Source: Candidatus Bathyarchaeum tardum
GTDB taxonomy: Archaea; Thermoproteota; Bathyarchaeia; Bathyarchaeales; Bathyarchaeaceae
NCBI GenBank assembly: GCA_024650005.2
Contig: CP122380.1
Span: forward strand, 992,001-1,056,000
DNA length: 64,000 nt
Reading direction: 5' to 3'
Shown here piece after piece: positions 40,860-50,389 of this stretch (positions are counted from its first letter, which is position 1; each line of letters starts with the position of its first letter). The notes under the pieces were generated by a model. That model did no database searches. It saw only the letters and a list, made by a program, of their open reading frames with translations, and was not told where the DNA came from. The position numbers were made by a program, and so were the translations under genes.

Positions 40860-42371
40860 TTGCAAAGATGTGCTGTTTGTGGAAAAGCGGTGGATTTACC
40901 TTTCAAGTGCAAATATTGTGGTTTGCGTTATTGTGATGAACACCGTTTACCCGAAAGCCACAATTGTGTATATCAACTCAAAAAATCGCCCGAGCCCCCA
41001 AATCAAGAATATAATCTTGATGTGTGCGTTGAATGCAAAACTAAACTGAATGACAGCACAACAAAACCAGTTACACCCTGTCCACATTGCGGACGGAATA
41101 TGTGTAGTTATCATCTACATCCAACACTTGCAAGCATTCCAAATCTCAAATATCAGTCAAAGGAACAGAAAGCAATAGCTGAACAACAAAAGTTAAATCA
41201 CAAAGGTAAAGGTGGACATCCATGCTTTCCGTACACAAGAGACTTTTGGCAAAAATATGACAAGCAATATGAATATAAAATGCCATACCAAAAAAGGAGC
41301 CCGTTCCCAAAAAGGCACCCGCAATCAAAACCATATTCAAAACCCAAAACAGCAAAATCTTCTAACAAAAAATGGACAATAATAGCAATAATTATTGTTG
41401 TATTTTTGGTAGTGGGTAGTTATTATTTAATACAAAATCCAAATTTTTTGGCTGACTTAACTGACCTAAACAAAAATGATACTTCAAATACTGAATCGGT
41501 TTTGCCCGAATTACCAAATTCTGATTCAAGCAACATACCACCTCCTGAAACCGTCAATTCCGACACACAAAGTAACACCAACACAATTACACACCAAGAA
41601 TTGGAGATAAACCCAAAAAATTTAAGTTTAAAATACCTTCTGTACGGTGAAACTAACCAACTTTCATTTACTGTTTTTGATGGTGTAAATGAATATTTAT
41701 CAGAAATTCCACGCACTATATCCTACTTTTTTTGGGAAACAGAACCAACTAAAAAAGACTTTGTCATGAAATTTTTGAATGATGACGTTCAAATGGATTA
41801 TCTGATTGATTTGGTAGATGAAATCAAATCAGAAACATCCAGTAAAGATGACCAAGCAAGGATTGCTATTAGTCTAGTTCAGCAAATTCCTTATGATTGG
41901 GGAGGATTAAGTTCTGTAAATTCAGAAAATAGATACCCCTATGAAGTTATATCTGATGAAATGGGGGTTTGTGAAGAAAAATCACGGTTACTTGTTTTTC
42001 TGTTGAGAGAATTAGGATTTGATACTGTTCTATTCAATTTTGAGTCAGAAAATCATATGGCGGTTGGAATAAAATGTTCATTTCAATATTGCTTCAAAGA
42101 TACAGGATATTGTTTTGTTGAAACAACAAGCCCGTCAATAATAACTTATGACCAAGCAGAATATGTTGGGGTTGGAAAACTAACATCAACTCCTGAAATT
42201 ATTCATGTGAGTGAGGGTTTTTCATTTGATAGCGTATCTGAGGAATATAATGATGCTCAAGAATGGATACGACTAAATAATTTAGCATCACCAACAGGTT
42301 ATCTAAGTGAAAATGATTATAACAATTGGTGGTCGCTGATCAATAAATATGGTATTAATGTTTCAGATTAA
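40860..42371 (+). CDS. AN1 zinc finger + second Zn finger + TM + transglutaminase-like domain
   Basis: CAVCGK..PFKCKYCGLRYCDEHRLPESHNC; CVEC..CPHCGRNMCSYH; GVCEEKS, NHMAVGI, FVETT. Confidence 0.85.
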   Translation: MQRCAVCGKAVDLPFKCKYCGLRYCDEHRLPESHNCVYQLKKSPEPPNQEYNLDVCVECKTKLNDSTTKPVTPCPHCGRNMCSYHLHPTLASIPNLKYQSKEQKAIAEQQKLNHKGKGGHPCFPYTRDFWQKYDKQYEYKMPYQKRSPFPKRHPQSKPYSKPKTAKSSNKKWTIIAIIIVVFLVVGSYYLIQNPNFLADLTDLNKNDTSNTESVLPELPNSDSSNIPPPETVNSDTQSNTNTITHQELEINPKNLSLKYLLYGETNQLSFTVFDGVNEYLSEIPRTISYFFWETEPTKKDFVMKFLNDDVQMDYLIDLVDEIKSETSSKDDQARIAISLVQQIPYDWGGLSSVNSENRYPYEVISDEMGVCEEKSRLLVFLLRELGFDTVLFNFESENHMAVGIKCSFQYCFKDTGYCFVETTSPSIITYDQAEYVGVGKLTSTPEIIHVSEGFSFDSVSEEYNDAQEWIRLNNLASPTGYLSENDYNNWWSLINKYGINVSD

Positions 42372-42477
42372 CTAACATTTAATCTTCTTTTAAAAAAGGG
42401 GCATTTTGCGGAAAAACGTGGCGATATATCCAGCGCTTGGGAAACAACAATTTCCAATAAAATCCGCTAAAAATTAC

Positions 42478-42678
42478 TTATCTTCTTGCAAGGAGAATGA
42501 ATAAAACTAGAGCCATTGCTCCTACAATAATCAATATTAAATATCCAAGTTGTCCAAGTGTCTGAAAAACAGCAATTACAAGCCATCCACCAAAAATAAC
42601 AGCCAATATTGTTGCAATTAATCCTAATACAATTGCTGAACCACAATTATTTTTAATCAAAAAAATTGTCACCTTCAT
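42478..42678 (-). CDS. small membrane protein (2 TM)
   Basis: Highly hydrophobic ORF ending in RR; true start may be downstream of 42678. Confidence 0.55.
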   Translation of the reverse strand: MKVTIFLIKNNCGSAIVLGLIATILAVIFGGWLVIAVFQTLGQLGYLILIIVGAMALVLFILLARR

Positions 42679-42810
42679 ATTAATAACAGAAAAATCCTTT
42701 ATTTAAGCTAAATTAAATTTTTGGCTCAAAAAGTTTAGTAAAAAAGGTAAGTGTTTCCATACATCCGTATTTTACAAATATTTAACATCTCACAAAATTT
42801 TTCAGTTTAA

Positions 42811-42930
42811 TTACTGGCTTAGATATTCTTTGCGATTCCAGCATTTATCCCTCCATTTTGTGTTCATGGTTCAGCAATACCGACAACGGATTTTATCTGG
42901 TTCGTAAGTTCGGGGTTGAGTAAACACCAA
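42811..42930 (-). pseudogene. decayed zinc-ribbon microprotein
   Basis: SD GGTGGTGA; MVFTQPRTYEPDKIRCRYC*TMNTKWRDKCWNRKEYLSQ (TGA at Gly position, last Cys changed to Arg). Confidence 0.5.
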
Positions 42931-43106
42931 ATTAGATCACCACCCGAAAACAAAATTCAAAAAAAGGGGGAATGTTGCAAGAAAACAATTGGCGATGTAT
43001 CCACGAACTTAACAAACTTTAATTAACTCTTTCACATTTTCTCGGATTATCGTAAAGGTTATGAATCCCTTTTCAAGCATCATAAAAGGAACTGGAGAGA
43101 AATCAG

Positions 43107-44459
43107 TTGAACAAATTTGACGTTATAGTTGTTGGGGCTGGAACCGGGGGATGTTTAACAGCCAAAACTCTTGCAAACGCAGGCCTAACGGTATGTATGA
43201 TAGATCGCAAAGAAGAAAAAAACATAGGCGACAAGGTCTGTGGAGACGCAATCGGCAAACATCATTTTGATAACATAGGAATTGCTTATCCTTCGGGAGC
43301 AGAACTTGACCAAGTAATCGAAGGCATAAAAGTTTACTCACCTGACCTAGAAACAGAAGTAAACGTCAAAGGCGAAGGCGTCCATGGATACCTAGTTAAC
43401 CGTTTACTTTTTGGTCAAAGACTGGTAAAAGAAACAAAAGAAAGTGGCGTGACCCTGATGGATCAGACAGTTGTCATTGATCCCATCGTAGAAAACAATT
43501 ACGTGGTTGGAGTTTCAGCAAAAAACCTCAAAACTGACCAAAAAATGGAAATACGCGCCAAAGTTGTTGTCGACGCAAGTGGACATGCAGCTGTTCTACG
43601 CAAAAAACTTCCTGCAGAATTTGGCATAGAAAACGACATTAAAGACGAAGATATAGAAATTTGTTACCGGGAAATTAGAGAAATAAAAGAGCCAATTGCA
43701 GACCCTGGGTTCTGTAAAATTTACCTTGACTTGAATAAGGTTCCAGGTGGATATTACTGGGTTTTCCCTAAAAGCCCAACTACAATTAACGTGGGCCTGG
43801 GCGTAGCCATGAAAGAAGGGTTCCTAAATCCCAAAGACCTTTACAATGATGTGATTTCATCAATGCCCCTGTTTAACGACTCAAAAGTCTTAACAGGTGG
43901 TGGAGGTCTGGTTCCAACCCGAAGTCCAATAAGCCCAATGGTTGGAAACGGAATAATCATTATCGGCGACGCAGCATGCCAAGTTAACCCCATCCACGGA
44001 GGTGGAATTGGTTCATCAATGATGGGGGGCGTCAAAGCAGCAGAAGTCATAATCGAAGCGTTAGAAAAAGGTGACGTGAGCCGCGAACAAATGTGGCCTT
44101 ACACTGGCATGTTCATGGTAGCATATGGCGCCAAACAAGCAGGACTTGACTTGTTCCGTTTGTTTCTTCAAAGTTTAACTAACGAAGAAATGAACTACGG
44201 AATGAGCCACCACCTAATCACTGACGATGATTTGCTCAAAGCCAGCATGGGTGAAGATTTAAAACTTAACATAACTGAAAAAACAAGCAGGCTCTTTAAG
44301 GGACTTGGATGTTTATCGCTTTTGATGAAATTGAATTCTACCGCTAAACTCATGAAAGAAGTTAAACATCTTTACAGGAACTACCCTGATTCCCCGGACG
44401 GCTTAGCAGAATGGCAATCCAAAGTTAATCAGGTGTTCGAAAAAGCAAAGAACCTGTAA
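43107..44459 (+). CDS. geranylgeranyl reductase family (digeranylgeranylglycerophospholipid reductase)
   Basis: VVGAGTGG, KVCGDAI, GGYYWVFPK, GDAACQVNPIHGGGIG. Confidence 0.92.
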   Translation: MNKFDVIVVGAGTGGCLTAKTLANAGLTVCMIDRKEEKNIGDKVCGDAIGKHHFDNIGIAYPSGAELDQVIEGIKVYSPDLETEVNVKGEGVHGYLVNRLLFGQRLVKETKESGVTLMDQTVVIDPIVENNYVVGVSAKNLKTDQKMEIRAKVVVDASGHAAVLRKKLPAEFGIENDIKDEDIEICYREIREIKEPIADPGFCKIYLDLNKVPGGYYWVFPKSPTTINVGLGVAMKEGFLNPKDLYNDVISSMPLFNDSKVLTGGGGLVPTRSPISPMVGNGIIIIGDAACQVNPIHGGGIGSSMMGGVKAAEVIIEALEKGDVSREQMWPYTGMFMVAYGAKQAGLDLFRLFLQSLTNEEMNYGMSHHLITDDDLLKASMGEDLKLNITEKTSRLFKGLGCLSLLMKLNSTAKLMKEVKHLYRNYPDSPDGLAEWQSKVNQVFEKAKNL

Positions 44460-44484
44460 AATTCCCATTTTTGGATGAATAGAA

Positions 44485-45159
44485 ATGCAATTAGCAGCAC
44501 TAGTCAGTGGTGGAAAGGATTCAGTCTTAGCTCTTTACAAAGCTCAACAGATGGGACACGAAATCAAAGTTCTGGGCACAATGGTTCCCAAACGTTCAGA
44601 CAGTTACATGTTTCATTATCCAAACATCCACATTACTGATTATCTTGCTGAAGCATTAGAAATTCCGTTGGTTAAAGCAAAAACTTCTGGAATAAAAGAA
44701 AAAGAACTAGAAGACCTCAAAAAACTAATTGCATCCCTTGACGTGGACGGTCTGGTGACGGGTGCAATTGCCTCAGTTTATCAGAAAAAAAGAATTGACA
44801 ACATATGTGACGAGTTGGGGTTAAAATCCATTGCTCCGCTGTGGCACCAAGAACCGTTAGGTTTGATGAATGAACTAGTTTCTCTCAGATTCAAAGTCAT
44901 AATTGTAGGCGTGTCAGCTCAAGGTTTAGACCAAACATGGCTGGGACAAGAAATCAACCAAGAAACACTGCAAAAGTTTGTGGAACTAAACAAAAAATAC
45001 CAAATCTCTTTGGTAGGCGAAGGCGGTGAATACGAGTCATTAGTTTTGGATGGTCCTATTTACAAAAAAAGTATCGAAATAGTAGAAAGTGAAATCGACT
45101 ATAAAAATGACAGCGGCGTTTTAATAATAAAAAAAGCAAAACTAGTAGATAAATCCTGA
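44485..45159 (+). CDS. dph6: diphthine--ammonia ligase
   Basis: SGGKDS, DSYMFH, GAIASVYQ, APLW, GEGGEYES. Confidence 0.93.
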   Translation: MQLAALVSGGKDSVLALYKAQQMGHEIKVLGTMVPKRSDSYMFHYPNIHITDYLAEALEIPLVKAKTSGIKEKELEDLKKLIASLDVDGLVTGAIASVYQKKRIDNICDELGLKSIAPLWHQEPLGLMNELVSLRFKVIIVGVSAQGLDQTWLGQEINQETLQKFVELNKKYQISLVGEGGEYESLVLDGPIYKKSIEIVESEIDYKNDSGVLIIKKAKLVDKS

Positions 45160-45254
45160 AAAGGTTTATTAACTGTTTGTTGTTTGTTGCTAGTTGTTCC
45201 GATGGGATGTGACCCAATTTTGGGTTGAACCGAAAGAATGTGAGGAATAAAAAA

Positions 45255-45827
45255 ATGGCATACAATTATATTGCAGAGGCTTGGAAAAATCCCGATAAAA
45301 CCTATGTGAAAGAGTTAATGTGGCAAAGAGCCATAACTTGGCGTAAAGAACACGCTATTATAAGAATTGAAAGACCAACCAGACTAGATCGTGCACGAAA
45401 CCTTGGATACAAAGCCAAACAAGGAATAATTATGGCTAGAGTCAGGGTTAGACGCTCTGGTTTTCGAAAAACACGACCAACTGGTGGTCGCCGACAAAAA
45501 CGTTTGGGTGTAAACAAATTTAAAGTCGGCAAAAACATGCGACTAATAGCCGAAGAACGTGCTGCAAGAAAATTCCCTAATCTAGAAGTATTGAATTCTT
45601 ATTGGGTCTGGGAAGATGGGCGCTTCAAATGGTACGAAGTAATCATGGTTGACCCCGTTGTTTTGCCTGATCATCCAATATCAAGTCAAACACGACGTGT
45701 GTTCCGTGGATTAACTAGCGCAGGTAAACAAGCTCGTGGGCTTCATAACCGTGGACGAGGCGCAGAAAAAGTCCGACCTAGCAAAAAAGCTATTCTGCGA
45801 ATCAGAAACAAGCATCCCCGTAAATAA
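45255..45827 (+). CDS. rpl15e: 50S ribosomal protein L15e
   Basis: [41 protein letters not shown]. Confidence 0.97.
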   Translation: MAYNYIAEAWKNPDKTYVKELMWQRAITWRKEHAIIRIERPTRLDRARNLGYKAKQGIIMARVRVRRSGFRKTRPTGGRRQKRLGVNKFKVGKNMRLIAEERAARKFPNLEVLNSYWVWEDGRFKWYEVIMVDPVVLPDHPISSQTRRVFRGLTSAGKQARGLHNRGRGAEKVRPSKKAILRIRNKHPRK

Positions 45828-45832
45828 ACCCG

Positions 45833-45880
45833 TTTGGGGCTTCCTTTTTGTGGAATCCCCAAATCATATTTTTTATTTTT
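45833..45880 (+). terminator. hairpin TTTGGGG-CTTCC..GGAAT-CCCCAAA with T-tract after rpl15e
   Basis: Inverted repeat followed by T-rich run. Confidence 0.45.
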
Positions 45881-45945
45881 TTAAGTATCACTTGACATAT
45901 TTATATCAAGTAATGTTATAGGTTTGTATGCGAGAGTGAACATGT

Positions 45946-46392
45946 TTGCCTCAGTTTCCAGTAGCTTATGTTGATGTTCGATTTTGTGCCCACGCCACTG
46001 AAGATGTTGAAAAAGTTATGAAGGCAGTTAGAAACGTTTTGTCAATCAAGAACGAAGAAGATGAAATAGCATTCAATAAAGACAGCCTAGAAGGTCATTA
46101 TGGTAATCCTATTGTTTTTTTTGACGCAAGAATCAAAAACAAAATCGCTATAAAGGCACTAGTTGGTAACCTGTCTGAAAACCTTAGTTCATTTGATAAA
46201 GTTGAATTAAGTTCAACACTGGACCGTTGCTTTGAAAAAGGAAGCATTTACCTGCGAGTGGACAAACAAGCAGCCTTGCAAGGTAAAATTAAACTTGTAG
46301 CCTGTGACCCGATTCGTATTCGTTTGCGTTTCAGAAAAACCAAGCTAGAAGATGTAACTCAAGTCTGTAAAGAAATCGGGATGTTAACATGA
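45946..46392 (+). CDS. exosome-associated RNA-binding protein (DUF54/COG1325)
   Basis: HATEDVEKV, EGHYGNPI, YLRVDKQAA. Confidence 0.9.
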   Translation: MPQFPVAYVDVRFCAHATEDVEKVMKAVRNVLSIKNEEDEIAFNKDSLEGHYGNPIVFFDARIKNKIAIKALVGNLSENLSSFDKVELSSTLDRCFEKGSIYLRVDKQAALQGKIKLVACDPIRIRLRFRKTKLEDVTQVCKEIGMLT

Positions 46393-47120
46393 AATTTTTT
46401 GCTGATTTGCAGTTACGTGTTCCTCTTAACGATCCTGTTCAAACAAAAAAAATGGTACAAAAAGCTGCACATTTAGGCTACCAAATGTTAGGAATTCCTG
46501 TTCCAGAAAATGCTACCTCGCAACTAATTAGCAACCTCAAAAACATTTGTGCCTCAGCAGATGTTGACTTTGTTTCAAGAGTGAATCTTTCTCCCAGTAA
46601 CTCCAATTCACTTCTCAAAGACTTGCGAAAATACCGAAGAAAATTCGAAATCATATCAGTGAGATGCAACACAAAAGATGTTGCCCGCCAAGCTGCCAAA
46701 GACCGACGAGTAGACCTTTTACAGTTTTCAGTAACCAATATGCGACAAAGGTTTTTTGACAACCAAGAAGCAGAACTTGCCGGAACTGCCCTTTCAGCTC
46801 TTGAAATTGAGTTAGCTCCAATTCTGCAGTTGACGCCCTTGTCTCGGATTTATCTTTTGTCTCGTCTGCGAAAAGAAATTGGAACAGCAAAACGAAGCAA
46901 AGTCCCTGTAATACTATCTAGTGCTGCAACAACTGAACACCTGATGAGAGGACCTTACGATAATGCCGCAGTTACAACCCTTTTTGATTTTTCTGTAGAA
47001 TCTGCGTTGAAGGCATTATCATCAAATGCATTGTTTATCGTTGAACGAAACAGAAAAAAATTGAGCCCTACTTATGTAGCCCCTGGAATACAGGTTCTAG
47101 GACTGAAAAACTGTGATTAA
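46389..47120 (+). CDS. rnp3: RNase P subunit p30
   Basis: RRKFEIISV, RQAAKDRRVDLL, ALEIEL, PVILSSAA..MRGP; operon context. Confidence 0.88.
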   Translation: MKFFADLQLRVPLNDPVQTKKMVQKAAHLGYQMLGIPVPENATSQLISNLKNICASADVDFVSRVNLSPSNSNSLLKDLRKYRRKFEIISVRCNTKDVARQAAKDRRVDLLQFSVTNMRQRFFDNQEAELAGTALSALEIELAPILQLTPLSRIYLLSRLRKEIGTAKRSKVPVILSSAATTEHLMRGPYDNAAVTTLFDFSVESALKALSSNALFIVERNRKKLSPTYVAPGIQVLGLKNCD

Positions 47121-47427
47121 ACGAGAAAAACGTCGCTATTTAGCATTACAAGTTTCAAGTGACCAAAATTTTGAAGAATTTACAGTTTTTAATGCTGTTA
47201 AAAATTCAGTTCTTAGACTTTTTGGAGAATATGGCTCCAGCAAAGCTAATCTAAAACAGCTCAAATATTTTCCCGGAAAAAACCAAATAATTATTCGATG
47301 CTCCCATACAATGCTTGAACAAGTTCGAGCCGCTGTAGCAACAATTATTGAAATAAATGGAAAAACAGCAGCTGTACACGTTAAAGCTGTATCTGGAACT
47401 TTGAAGTCTTTGTCAAAAAAGATATAG
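47113..47427 (+). CDS. rnp2: RNase P subunit Pop5
   Basis: KRRYLA, LFGEYG, IIRC, VSGTLK. Confidence 0.9.
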   Translation: MIKREKRRYLALQVSSDQNFEEFTVFNAVKNSVLRLFGEYGSSKANLKQLKYFPGKNQIIIRCSHTMLEQVRAAVATIIEINGKTAAVHVKAVSGTLKSLSKKI

Positions 47428-47448
47428 AAAAAAAGAATTTTTTATTTA

Positions 47449-50199
47449 TTATGGGTTCTCGATTGTTCGAGTGTTGTATTCATCTATGTAGTTTTGGTTT
47501 TCTATGGTATATGGGTAACTTTCTAGCTCCATGTCATATGGGAAGCAGCTCATTTCGTGGAATGGCAATGGGTCAACGGTAAAATCAACGTAGAATAATC
47601 CGTCAACTTTGAACCATACGCTTGCAAACAGGAAATAATCCCGTTCCATGCCTTCTGGAACTTCAGGCAAGTCATCTACAGAATAATGAAGAACGATTTG
47701 GTCGCCTTGGCGCATTATTACGAATTGGTTGTCGGGGTTATGAAGCAGTTCGGTTACTTCTCCATATCTTGTGAAGTTTCCTGTTGAATTGGAGTTTGTA
47801 GCAAATGCTTGAGTTAAATTAGCAAAATAAACTGGTAATTCGCCAACGATTATCTCTTGTTGTGCTGTTGTGTCAACTGCTATGTAATCAAATTCCGTGT
47901 TGAAGAATGTGTGTATTCTAAGGGCGTAATCTCCTGGCTGGAAAAGTCCTGTTAGGTTTATGGCAAAACAGTCTGGAGTAACATCTAACAACGGGAATTG
48001 TCGATTGTCTGGAACCGGAACCCAATTGCCTTTTGCATCTCTTACTTCCATGTATGGCGGAGGAAACGGTCGTTCACCGGGTTGGTTAAAGAATTGTCCC
48101 GCCCATTCTCCTTGTTCTTCTCCTGTGGAGTAAATGATTGTTCCTGCTACTAACAGTTTGATTTGTTCTGCCTCAGACAAATCTCCTAAATTTAATTCCA
48201 AAGTGTCCCAAGTGAATTCGTTGCCTTTTGTAGTGATTCCATCTCGTTCTGAAACTAAATGCAGCACATTGTGTCCTGTTGAGTTAACGCAAGAAACGGG
48301 CGAAGATGGGTTATTGCTTACGGTGTAGATTGTTCCTTGTTCGTCAAGGTCATATAGATATGTGGCTTTAGTTGAAAACACATCGAATTCTACTGGGTGG
48401 TCAACGTAAACCAAAGTTGCAGAGTCTATGTATGAAATTTCATCCCATTTTTGAATGAGAGTCATATCGTAGAAACCGTTTCGAGGTTCCATTCGGCTGG
48501 CATTTAGTTTAGTATAATCCCAAGGAACACTATACAGGAACAATAAACTTCCATCTTCTTGGAAGTAATCAAAGATGCCAAGATAGCCTGTTCCGTCGGA
48601 TATTTCTGCGGTGTACCAATATTCTTCCCCATTCCAAACATACAAGGAAGGACAAGACTTACAATTCAGATAAGTTGCAGTAAGGGAAACACGATTATTT
48701 AACTCAATAGTTCGGGTAAGACTTGTTGGGCCATCATTCCAACGGGTCCAATTCCACCAAGTGCCTCCCCCTTCAAAACCATCAGGCAATTCAACGATGT
48801 AAGTTCCTTCAGGCAATAATCTTTGATAAGGTGCAGCATAAGTTTCGCCATCTATAGTAAACTCCATTCCAATGGCGTTAACTGAAACAGAAAAGGTATG
48901 GAATCCATCAGGAACAACCTGATAATATCCCGATAAAAAGTTAGTTTGATTTCCCATGTTTACTAGCTGAACCCTGTATCCATCGGGTTTTCCATCATCA
49001 CGGCTGTACGACACAGTGATTGGAACCTCAATTGGAACGTCTGTTGCACCTGAATCTAATGTGAATGTTTTAGTAGTTACAACAACGTCACCAACAAAAA
49101 CCCTTAACTGCAGAGTAGCTTGCTCATTGGCGAAATTATCTGCTTTGGCTTTGACTGTTACAGTTTGTCCGTCCCAAAGCTCGTATGGCGCCACACTTAA
49201 ACTGCGTATAAAAACATCGGCAGATGCAGAAACCGATTGTTCTACAACAAAAATTCCCGACAGGTGGTCTATCTCAACGGTATGTGTCCCAGCTGCGGTT
49301 TCAGTAATTTCAAATTCAACAACTTTGCTTGCAGCTCCAGACAAAGTAACAGTTTTTGTTTCAATTGTTGTGCCGTCAACTGTTAGATTCACATCATAAC
49401 TGCCGCTGCTTTCACCAACATTGGTTACCGTAACTGAAACAGTGACGCTTTCATCATCTAATACTGATGTTGGGTTAATCGTCAAATCAGTGAATTTAAA
49501 CTCAGCCTGTGTAGCAGCTTGGGCGCCAGCAGAAACCCTATACGCTGTGGTTAAGTCACCTGCCTTAACGACATGCTCTCCTTCAATGTCACGGGTGACA
49601 TCAAAAAACACAGTTGTGGTTTCGGTTCCATCTAATTGGATGTTTTGAGTTTCTTGTTTTACATCATTTACGAATAATTCTACTGAAAAATCACCCAGTA
49701 AATCACCAACATTTTTTGCAGTAACAGAAACTGTGATTGTTTCTCCAATGGCAGCCTCAGGGCGACTTACTTTTAGGGCAGACAATTTAAGTTCAGCTGG
49801 CCTTACAGGTTTTTCTAATGTAACCCGGATTGACCCCGTTAAATCATTAACAGTAACTGTGTGATTTCCAATTTCTAATTCTGTGGCTAAGAAAAAAATT
49901 GTTTCAGTTTCTGACGCTGAAAGAGAAACAGTTTCAGTTCCTATTACAACTTCACCAATAGTTAGACGTACTGTATGATTACCTGCTTTGTCTCCAACGT
50001 TAGCTACATCCACTGAGATTTCTACTGGAGTGCCTACTTGAACCCAGTTATAATCAAAATCAAGATTAGTCACCTGAAATTTGGCGGGTTTTGGGATTAA
50101 TGAATCTACGTAGACGTAACTGGGAACTGCAACTGCTAAAATTACCAAAGTTGCAACAAAAATAATTTTTAATTTATTCCGGGTTGACCGAGGAGACAC
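47449..50199 (-). CDS. membrane-anchored CARDB-repeat protein with C-terminal SCP-x-LY-x-WNG domain
   Basis: N-terminal TM; about 4 Ig/CARDB repeats (VxVxNVG); CKSCPSLYVWNG..VDHP..FTRYGEV..PLPFHEM..YNTR. Confidence 0.75.
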   Translation of the reverse strand: MSPRSTRNKLKIIFVATLVILAVAVPSYVYVDSLIPKPAKFQVTNLDFDYNWVQVGTPVEISVDVANVGDKAGNHTVRLTIGEVVIGTETVSLSASETETIFFLATELEIGNHTVTVNDLTGSIRVTLEKPVRPAELKLSALKVSRPEAAIGETITVSVTAKNVGDLLGDFSVELFVNDVKQETQNIQLDGTETTTVFFDVTRDIEGEHVVKAGDLTTAYRVSAGAQAATQAEFKFTDLTINPTSVLDDESVTVSVTVTNVGESSGSYDVNLTVDGTTIETKTVTLSGAASKVVEFEITETAAGTHTVEIDHLSGIFVVEQSVSASADVFIRSLSVAPYELWDGQTVTVKAKADNFANEQATLQLRVFVGDVVVTTKTFTLDSGATDVPIEVPITVSYSRDDGKPDGYRVQLVNMGNQTNFLSGYYQVVPDGFHTFSVSVNAIGMEFTIDGETYAAPYQRLLPEGTYIVELPDGFEGGGTWWNWTRWNDGPTSLTRTIELNNRVSLTATYLNCKSCPSLYVWNGEEYWYTAEISDGTGYLGIFDYFQEDGSLLFLYSVPWDYTKLNASRMEPRNGFYDMTLIQKWDEISYIDSATLVYVDHPVEFDVFSTKATYLYDLDEQGTIYTVSNNPSSPVSCVNSTGHNVLHLVSERDGITTKGNEFTWDTLELNLGDLSEAEQIKLLVAGTIIYSTGEEQGEWAGQFFNQPGERPFPPPYMEVRDAKGNWVPVPDNRQFPLLDVTPDCFAINLTGLFQPGDYALRIHTFFNTEFDYIAVDTTAQQEIIVGELPVYFANLTQAFATNSNSTGNFTRYGEVTELLHNPDNQFVIMRQGDQIVLHYSVDDLPEVPEGMERDYFLFASVWFKVDGLFYVDFTVDPLPFHEMSCFPYDMELESYPYTIENQNYIDEYNTRTIENP

Positions 50200-50348
50200 A
50201 GCACCAACTCACAAGAATGAAATGTTCATTCTTACTTCAATATTTAAGACCTTCGTAACATAGTTGTTTAAATCAAAAATTGTCAAATTAACATAGAATT
50301 GACCTAAAACTAATTTTGTAGACACGAAAAAATTAGATCAAAACTAAA

Positions 50349-50381
50349 TTAAAAAAGAAAAAGGGTTGCGCCCTTAGGCGC
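50349..50381 (-). terminator. hairpin GCGCC-TAAG-GGCGC with T-tract after amt
   Basis: Minus strand reads gcgcctaagggcgcaacccttttctttttt. Confidence 0.5.
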
Positions 50382-50389
50382 TATGAAGT

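Larger units (their letters stand above)
42392..43003 (+). repeat. imperfect direct repeat of about 42 bp (42392-42432 and 42960-43003)
   Basis: AAAAAAGGGGcATtTTGCggaAAAACgtGGCGATaTATCCA vs AAAAAAGGGGgaATgTTGCaagAAAACaattGGCGATgTATCCA. Confidence 0.6.

Noticed and set aside
42811-42930. In-frame TGA as selenocysteine
   Set aside because: Falls at the Gly position of CxxCG, another Cys is also lost, and no SECIS is evident; decay is simpler
45255-47427. rpl15e-DUF54-rnp3-rnp2 cluster as novel
   Set aside because: Known fragment of the archaeal exosome/RNase P superoperon
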